A stretch of DNA of 64,000 nt, from positions 51,973 through 115,972 of the IMG/VR virus record IMGVR_UViG_3300028392_000038. One strand, given 5' to 3'. How positions within the stretch are numbered: position 1 is the stretch's first letter; each line of letters begins with the position of its first letter. Of the stretch, positions 58,612 through 64,000 are shown piece by piece. The translations under genes and the position numbers were made by a program. The notes beneath the pieces were generated by a model. It had not been told where the DNA came from, made no database searches, and saw only the letters and a program-made list of their open reading frames with translations. Origin of the DNA: a virus.

Positions 58612-59096
58612 TTATTAAGTATTTGAATAGCTTTGTCGGTGCAAATATTAGTTAACCCATAACCTATATCAACACAATCAGGATGGTCCTTATTATCACT
58701 TGTTTTTACAAAGTTATCTTGTTGAGTTGAAAGCATATCATTATCATCATCTAAGATTACATAATTAGTAACTTCTGGGTGTTCATCCAACCATTGTTGT
58801 ATCTCATTACCTCTTTCACATCTTTCATAGAAATCTAATCCTTCCTCATCTGGTTCCCAAGTTAAAGTAGTTATATCAATAACTTCACCAGGTATACTTC
58901 TTTTAGACCACATTTCTTTCATTATATCTAAACCAGAAGCTCTCCAAGTGCTACTAATAACTATTTTAGCACCTGTTTCATCTATAATCCTTTTCAGATT
59001 ATCTTCAAAGTTCTTATGGAATAGTGAACCATACTCATCATGTCCTTGAGGATAAACATTAAGCACTCCGTCTATATCTAAAAATATTACTTTCAT
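58608..59096 (-). CDS. HAD domain protein (Swiss-army-knife RNA-repair type)
   Basis: IFLDIDGVLN, IVISSTWR, RGNEIQQWL, YVILDD. Confidence 0.85.
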   Translation of the reverse strand: MKVIFLDIDGVLNVYPQGHDEYGSLFHKNFEDNLKRIIDETGAKIVISSTWRASGLDIMKEMWSKRSIPGEVIDITTLTWEPDEEGLDFYERCERGNEIQQWLDEHPEVTNYVILDDDNDMLSTQQDNFVKTSDNKDHPDCVDIGYGLTNICTDKAIQILNK

Positions 59097-59101
59097 AGGT
59101 A

Positions 59102-59109
59102 CAAATATA
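59102..59109 (-). promoter_or_regulatory. -7 promoter element TATATTTG heading the leftward early operon
   Basis: 5 nt before ATG 59096. Confidence 0.65.
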
Positions 59110-59149
59110 TAAAATATAATTAATATATAGTTTATAAATAAAACATTTT

Positions 59150-59983
59150 ATGAGGTTAGTAAAAACATATAATTCTTTTAATGAAGAAAAAATAGTTAAT
59201 GATATAATTAACTATATTGATTATTCAATTAATGAAGGAGTAGACATAGAATCTATCTGGAACAAGGCTATTGATAAGATTAAGAATCTTTCAAAAGAAG
59301 CTAAAAGTAAAGTAATTAAATATGTTTTAGTTTCTCTATTGGCATTTAACACAGTTGTTAATGTTTCTAATTTAGTTAAAGGATCAAATGCTGATCCAGA
59401 AACAAAAGAAATCGCAGCTTCTATTTTATCTCAAAAGGATATTGAAAAAGCAGACTCTATAAAAGTTGAAGAAAGTAAATGGAAAAAAGGATATGAGTTT
59501 ACACTTTCTCAAAAAGGATGGGATCATATTAAAACAGAAGAAGGTGATCCAAGACATCCAGGAGAACCTGTTTTAAAAGCCTATAAATTAGGAGACGGTA
59601 AGATAACCGTTGGTTGGGGACATGCTGAGTCAGTTAGAAAATCTAAATTCAAAGTTGGGCAAAAGATAACAAAAAGTGATGCGGATGATCTACTTAAAAT
59701 GGATTTAGCCAATGCTTCTGATGGTGTTAGAAGAATATTTAAAGATTGGGAAGAAAAAGGATTAGATGTTAAAATTAATCAAGATATGTTTGATGCCTTA
59801 GTTTCTATATCTTTCAATACTGGTATTAATGGATTAAGAAAATCAATGATGATACAGGATATTAAAAAGGGTAAATTTGAAGAGGCTGGTGAGAAGATTA
59901 AAACACTCAATGTTAGTAAGAAATTTCCAGGACTTCAAGATAGAAGAGAAAAAGAAAGTGAAATGTTTTTAGCATCATTATGA
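59150..59983 (+). CDS. GH24 (T4-type) lysozyme with N-terminal tag and extension
   Basis: IKTEEG...AYKLGDGKITVGWGH...QDMFDALVSISFNTG...GLQDRREKE. Confidence 0.85.
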   Translation: MRLVKTYNSFNEEKIVNDIINYIDYSINEGVDIESIWNKAIDKIKNLSKEAKSKVIKYVLVSLLAFNTVVNVSNLVKGSNADPETKEIAASILSQKDIEKADSIKVEESKWKKGYEFTLSQKGWDHIKTEEGDPRHPGEPVLKAYKLGDGKITVGWGHAESVRKSKFKVGQKITKSDADDLLKMDLANASDGVRRIFKDWEEKGLDVKINQDMFDALVSISFNTGINGLRKSMMIQDIKKGKFEEAGEKIKTLNVSKKFPGLQDRREKESEMFLASL

Positions 59984-60972
59984 AATACTTAAAGACATAT
60001 AAACTATTTGAATCAATTGATAAGATAGCTGGAGTTTGGGACACCAATGAGAAATTTGAAGATGGTGGTGATTTCAAAATCAAATTTAGGGTAAGTGATA
60101 TCATCGAACTAGCTAAAGATAAACCGGTTGAAGAAGTAGATCCAAAATCTATAAACTATGATTTTAGTGGAAGAGAAGAGGACAAATTAGAAACAAAAGA
60201 AAGAGTTTTTCTTGCAGACTTATCTTACCCAATAATAGTTGTACAGAATGAACAAGGTAGAATATTTGCAATGTTAGATGGTACACATAGGTTAGAAAAG
60301 GCTTTAATTTTAGGACTGGATAAAATACAAGTTAAAGTAATGAGTAAAGAAGAATTGGTGCAATTTAAAGTTGATGATTTTGATAAATTAATTGAGATGA
60401 TTAAAGTTCCTATTAAAGTTGGTGATACTTTATTAGGTGGTCGTTTTAAAAATAAGAAAACTGTTGTTAAAAAGATTGGTAAGAATGATAAAGGAGATAT
60501 TACTATAAATGATAAACCACTTCTTAAATACAGAATTGTAAAGGAGTCTAATTCTTATGATAGATTAAAAGAAGATGTTGATTCTTATTTAGCACATCTT
60601 ACAGATGATTTCAAAATAGAAATTGCAGGAAGTCAACTTATTGGTAAACCTATTAGAAATAACTACTACATTAGAATTTGGAAACAAAAAGACACAAGTA
60701 AACCATATGCGTTTAGTAACTGTGTTGAATTTAAATGGTCTGATATAGAAGAAGAAGTTTTAAGATTTATTTCTATAATAGAAGAAAGTTGGGGAATTGA
60801 CTACTTATATAAAATTTATCAACTTAATTCTTCTGATTGGTTTAAGGGCAACCAAGCTCATGAACATAGAACTATGTTTACTAAGAACGAATTATCAAAT
60901 ATAAATGGTAATTCAGAGTTAAAATCCTTTGTAATTGGTTTATTCAAAGAAGTGGAAAAAATAACCGATTAA
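59980..60972 (+). CDS. ParB/Srx-like domain multi-module protein with N-terminal tag
   Basis: ADLSYPIIVV...MLDGTHRLEKA; MKYLKTYKLFES. Confidence 0.65.
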   Translation: MKYLKTYKLFESIDKIAGVWDTNEKFEDGGDFKIKFRVSDIIELAKDKPVEEVDPKSINYDFSGREEDKLETKERVFLADLSYPIIVVQNEQGRIFAMLDGTHRLEKALILGLDKIQVKVMSKEELVQFKVDDFDKLIEMIKVPIKVGDTLLGGRFKNKKTVVKKIGKNDKGDITINDKPLLKYRIVKESNSYDRLKEDVDSYLAHLTDDFKIEIAGSQLIGKPIRNNYYIRIWKQKDTSKPYAFSNCVEFKWSDIEEEVLRFISIIEESWGIDYLYKIYQLNSSDWFKGNQAHEHRTMFTKNELSNINGNSELKSFVIGLFKEVEKITD

Positions 60973-60987
60973 AATAATATATACTAA

Positions 60988-61338
60988 ATGAAACACTTAC
61001 AATCAATAAATGAATATCAAAGAACTGTTGGATTTAGATATTCTGACCCAACGGAAAAATTTAATATCAAAGTTTATATAAATGGTGAATTAACTGAAGA
61101 AGAAATTAAAAACACTTTAAATGATATTGATGTTATTGTGTTCGGTGATATTCAATTTGAAGAAACTCCAAATGATTATATACCTGAAGAAGAGGATGAT
61201 GTAAATGTTATATCATTTGATATTAGTGTTTATAATGAAAAAGAAATAGAAAGAATAATGGAAGATTTTACTAAAATTATTTATCTAGACTATAAAATTA
61301 AAACACTGGATGTTTCAATAAATCCTAAAAGAAATTAA
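60988..61338 (+). CDS. hypothetical protein with N-terminal tag
   Basis: MKHLQSINEY; TAATATATA 4 nt upstream. Confidence 0.7.
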   Translation: MKHLQSINEYQRTVGFRYSDPTEKFNIKVYINGELTEEEIKNTLNDIDVIVFGDIQFEETPNDYIPEEEDDVNVISFDISVYNEKEIERIMEDFTKIIYLDYKIKTLDVSINPKRN

Positions 61339-61388
61339 AAACTTTAATACATTTCAATAATATAAACTACCAATTAAAAACATTAAAA

Positions 61389-61916
61389 ATGAAAATATCA
61401 ATTGGTTGTGACCACGCTGCTTGGGAACTTAAAGAAAAAGTAAAGCAGTATCTTTCCACAAAATCTGGAATTGAAGTAAATGACAAGGGATGTTACTCAT
61501 CTGAAAGATGTGATTACCCTGACTTCGGACATGCTGTTGCAAAAGATGTAACAGAAAATAAATGCGATTTTGGTATTCTAATGTGTGGTTCCGGAAACGG
61601 AATTAATATGACTGCTAATAAATGGTCTGGTGTCCGTTCAGCTCTTTGTTGGAATTCAGAAATTGCTAATATGGCTCGCCTACATAATGATGCTAATATA
61701 TTAACCTTACCAGGTAGATATATTTCAGAAGAAGAAGCATTCAAATGTGTTGATGAATTTATTAATACAGGATTTGAAGGTGGTAGACATACAGACAGAA
61801 TAAATAAAATTCCAAAATATTTTAAAAATATTTTTAGAAGTACCAAAACTCACCTAAATGAGGTTTGGAGAGGATTGCAAGATATCCAAGATAAAGGATT
61901 AGGCCCAAAGTCATAA
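61389..61916 (+). CDS. rpiB: ribose-5-phosphate isomerase B with C-terminal extension
   Basis: IGCDHA, DYPD, CGSGNG, ANK..GVR.A, ARLHNDANIL, FEGGRH. Confidence 0.95.
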   Translation: MKISIGCDHAAWELKEKVKQYLSTKSGIEVNDKGCYSSERCDYPDFGHAVAKDVTENKCDFGILMCGSGNGINMTANKWSGVRSALCWNSEIANMARLHNDANILTLPGRYISEEEAFKCVDEFINTGFEGGRHTDRINKIPKYFKNIFRSTKTHLNEVWRGLQDIQDKGLGPKS

Positions 61917-61959
61917 CCTAAACTTAATAAATACTTTACAAAAAAATAGCCTTAATTTT

Positions 61960-62184
61960 ATGATACCAGTAAATTTTAGAGAACTCACGAACAAAGTGCT
62001 TTGTGGAGAAAAGATTCATGTTGATAATGAAAACATTATAAATGATTTCGCTGATTATATAAAAGCGTATTGTGCTGACTTAAAATGTACAGAACATGAT
62101 GTTATTTTTGATGATAAATTATATGAAAGAGTTTATGGCTTATTTGATAATATTATTTTGAAAAGAAAGTATCAAATAGCTTAA
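61960..62184 (+). CDS. small hypothetical protein
   Basis: 74-aa ORF. Confidence 0.55.
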   Translation: MIPVNFRELTNKVLCGEKIHVDNENIINDFADYIKAYCADLKCTEHDVIFDDKLYERVYGLFDNIILKRKYQIA

Positions 62185-62228
62185 ATCTAAAAATTAATTT
62201 TAATATATACTTAAAATTAAATCTATTA

Positions 62229-62573
62229 ATGGAAAAGTTTAGTGCTATAAATGAAAGAAAGATTTTCATAACAGATCCAAGTATAATTAAAAAATATGCT
62301 TCTTTTATTATCCCTTTTTATATAACAGGTGAAATAACTTGTGATACAAAATTAATAGATGAATATCTTGAGATGAATAAAACTTCACAAAGAGTTAAAA
62401 GTGCAAATTTAATTTGTGACTTAGAAGTTCTTGCTGTTAAACAAATCTTAGATAATCCACTTACACCAAGAGGATACGAACAATTAAGACAAGATATAGA
62501 AAAAGGTTGTATCAAATTAGAAAGATTCTTAAAGAAGAAACTACAACAAAAAATGGGTAACCAAATTATATAA
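62229..62573 (+). CDS. hypothetical protein with N-terminal tag
   Basis: MEKFSAINE; TAATATATA upstream. Confidence 0.65.
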   Translation: MEKFSAINERKIFITDPSIIKKYASFIIPFYITGEITCDTKLIDEYLEMNKTSQRVKSANLICDLEVLAVKQILDNPLTPRGYEQLRQDIEKGCIKLERFLKKKLQQKMGNQII

Positions 62574-62578
62574 TTATT

Positions 62579-62603
62579 AACACCACTTTTAAGTGGTGTT
62601 TTT
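62579..62603 (+). terminator. intrinsic terminator
   Basis: AACACCACTT-TT-AAGTGGTGTT with T-tract. Confidence 0.75.
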
Positions 62604-62629
62604 GTTTTAAATAGTTTAATATATACTAA

Positions 62630-63298
62630 ATGAATCACATCAAACCATATAGGCTATTTGAATCTGTTGAGAAAGAATCAATTGGACTAATAGATAAATT
62701 TAAAAGAGATTATGGTACTGATTTAGATATGAAGTTGAAACCATATCAAATTGAAATAATAAATAAAGCTTTCTCACACTTTGATAAAAAATTCATTAAG
62801 AATAGAATACAAAAGATAAAATTAAAGGATTTAGGTGGTGTTCATGGTAAGTGGACTGATACAGAGAAGAAACATCAAATGACACTTAATCCAACTATCT
62901 TTGATTTTAAAAGACAGTTTGATAGTTATGTTCCTTATAAAATATTTGTAATAGTTCATGAAATTGGTCATTGTATAGACCATATTGAAAAAATATCATA
63001 TTCTAAAAAGTGGCAAGCAATATCAGGCTGGAAAAAGTGTGATATCAATGATAGAATACCAGAGGGTTATGATAGGTACATCGAGAAAAGAAAAGGTAGA
63101 GAAGAAGCGGGTCCTAAAAAGTCAGATTGGGTTTATAAAGAAGGATCTAATTTTTGTAGAAAATATTCTTCAAGAAATCCAAGAGAAGATTTTGCGGATT
63201 CATTTGCATTTGCGGTATTCAAAGACTATGATAAGTTTGAAGGAGAAGGTGGAAAAGAAAAGTTACAAATTATAAAAGAATTACTTTCAAAAATTTAA
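62630..63298 (+). CDS. zincin metallopeptidase-like protein with N-terminal tag
   Basis: VHEIGH...YSSRNPREDFADSF; MNHIKPYRLFES. Confidence 0.7.
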   Translation: MNHIKPYRLFESVEKESIGLIDKFKRDYGTDLDMKLKPYQIEIINKAFSHFDKKFIKNRIQKIKLKDLGGVHGKWTDTEKKHQMTLNPTIFDFKRQFDSYVPYKIFVIVHEIGHCIDHIEKISYSKKWQAISGWKKCDINDRIPEGYDRYIEKRKGREEAGPKKSDWVYKEGSNFCRKYSSRNPREDFADSFAFAVFKDYDKFEGEGGKEKLQIIKELLSKI

Positions 63299-63301
63299 AA
63301 T

Positions 63302-63563
63302 AAAAAAACCGAAAAATGAATTTTGCGACTAATTCATTATTTCGGATTTCTTAACAAGATTTCAGAATTCGCGGTTCATTCATCTTTATCATACACCTTT
63401 TAATTCAATTGTGTCGGTATGACAGACACTAATCTACTGCGGGACCAACAGATTTTTCATCCCATAACCTCGGTAAAGGTTATCTCATTTTTCACCACGA
63501 GTTACCGCAAGTGACTTATATGAGAATATTTATTAGTTTGGTTTCGGTAAAACTTAATTACCT
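63302..63563 (-). ncRNA. candidate structured ncRNA (about 260 nt) with pseudoknots
   Basis: No ORF; upstream TACATTTG promoter (63569-63576, minus strand); several helices with G-U pairs; loop-distal complementarities; terminal hairpin with U-tract. Confidence 0.6.
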
Positions 63564-63644
63564 TATAACAAATGTAAGAATAATTTTTTAAATAACAAGG
63601 TATTTTTTTATATATAACTCACAAAAAAAATAAATATAAAAGAA

Positions 63645-64000
63645 ATGGAAGAATCATTTGGACCACACATCACTATTGACCTTAAAGGTTGCCCTAAAGA
63701 AATTTTATCAAACTACAATTTACACTTTGATTACCTTAAAATGTTACCAGGATTAATCCAAATGACACCAATTACACAACCTTATGTTTTCCCATATGCT
63801 GGTTTAATTCCAAGTGATAGAGGAATAACAGGAATCGTAATTATTGCTGAAAGTCATTTATCAGTTCACTCTTTTGAAGAAAAAGGATATTCATTTATTG
63901 ATATATTTTCTTGTAAAGATTTTGATGTTGAAAAGGCAATTGAGATAACTTTAGAGATATTTAAACCAGAAAGCCATGAGGTTAATGTAGTTAAAAGAGG
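63645..64000 (+). CDS. speD: S-adenosylmethionine decarboxylase proenzyme (truncated by window end)
   Basis: Read from sequence: MEESFGPHITIDLKGC...GITGIVIIAESHLSVHSFEEKGYSFIDIFSCK. Confidence 0.92.
   Translation, partial: MEESFGPHITIDLKGCPKEILSNYNLHFDYLKMLPGLIQMTPITQPYVFPYAGLIPSDRGITGIVIIAESHLSVHSFEEKGYSFIDIFSCKDFDVEKAIEITLEIFKPESHEVNVVKR

Noticed and set aside
1304-63275. Many short antisense or alternative-frame ORFs in the ORF track (e.g. 1304-1546, 4790-5050, 13784-14200, 26502-26762, 32859-33143, 51685-52056, 61514-61846, 62985-63275)
   Set aside because: They lie within better-supported genes and show the Ser/Leu/Phe/Ile-rich shadow composition expected from AT-rich coding DNA.
63302-63644. 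SAM riboswitch, tRNA or tmRNA upstream of speD
   Set aside because: No SAM-I/II consensus or tRNA-like T-loop/CCA recognised. Promoter, terminator and G-U pairing all point to the strand opposite speD.
1-64000. Alternative genetic code (stop-codon reassignment, as in some huge phages)
   Set aside because: Recognisable genes are full length in code 11, and genes end in TAA, TAG and TGA. The three broken genes are explained by an insertion, an endonuclease and a deletion.
1-64000. Bacterial chromosome or prophage origin, suggested by clpP, infC, rpiB, purA, speD and ppk2
   Set aside because: These genes are scattered singly among T4-like replication and baseplate genes and phage hypotheticals, without their bacterial operon neighbours. 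No integrase or att site was seen.

Overview
Very AT-rich, gene-dense 64 kb segment of a large (jumbo/huge) T4-like myovirus genome in the standard genetic code. The host is most likely Bacteroidota: there are TAnnTTTG -7 promoters, a lipoprotein and a membrane protein rich in D-[S/T]-hydrophobic O-glycosylation sequons, an outer-membrane beta-barrel and DUF6576-like domains. Replication genes: a split family-B DNA polymerase C-subunit, a clamp-like protein, gp61-like primase, UvsW-like helicase and UvsY-like protein. There is a baseplate/tail module (gp5-like, a hub with GH19 and M15 domains, gp53-like). Host-like auxiliary genes include ppk2, infC, clpP, FKBP PPIase, rpiB, speD, a PLP aminotransferase, a class II aaRS catalytic domain and an internally deleted purA, plus four free-standing homing endonucleases and an HNH nuclease. 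Most notable: (1) a 41-nt hairpin insert that splits polymerase motif B between Y and G and shifts the frame; (2) a helicase fractured by a homing endonuclease whose halves carry non-catalytic split-intein-like ends; (3) about 24 unrelated proteins sharing an N-terminal tag like the T4 capsid-targeting sequence, mostly behind a TAATATATA late-type promoter; (4) about 12 unrelated small, mostly early proteins sharing a C-terminal R[DEN]xK[IL]xx[IL][LI] tag; (5) promoters 3-5 nt from start codons, suggesting leaderless mRNAs; (6) a candidate multi-pseudoknot ncRNA. All annotations come from motif recognition by eye; no searches were run.
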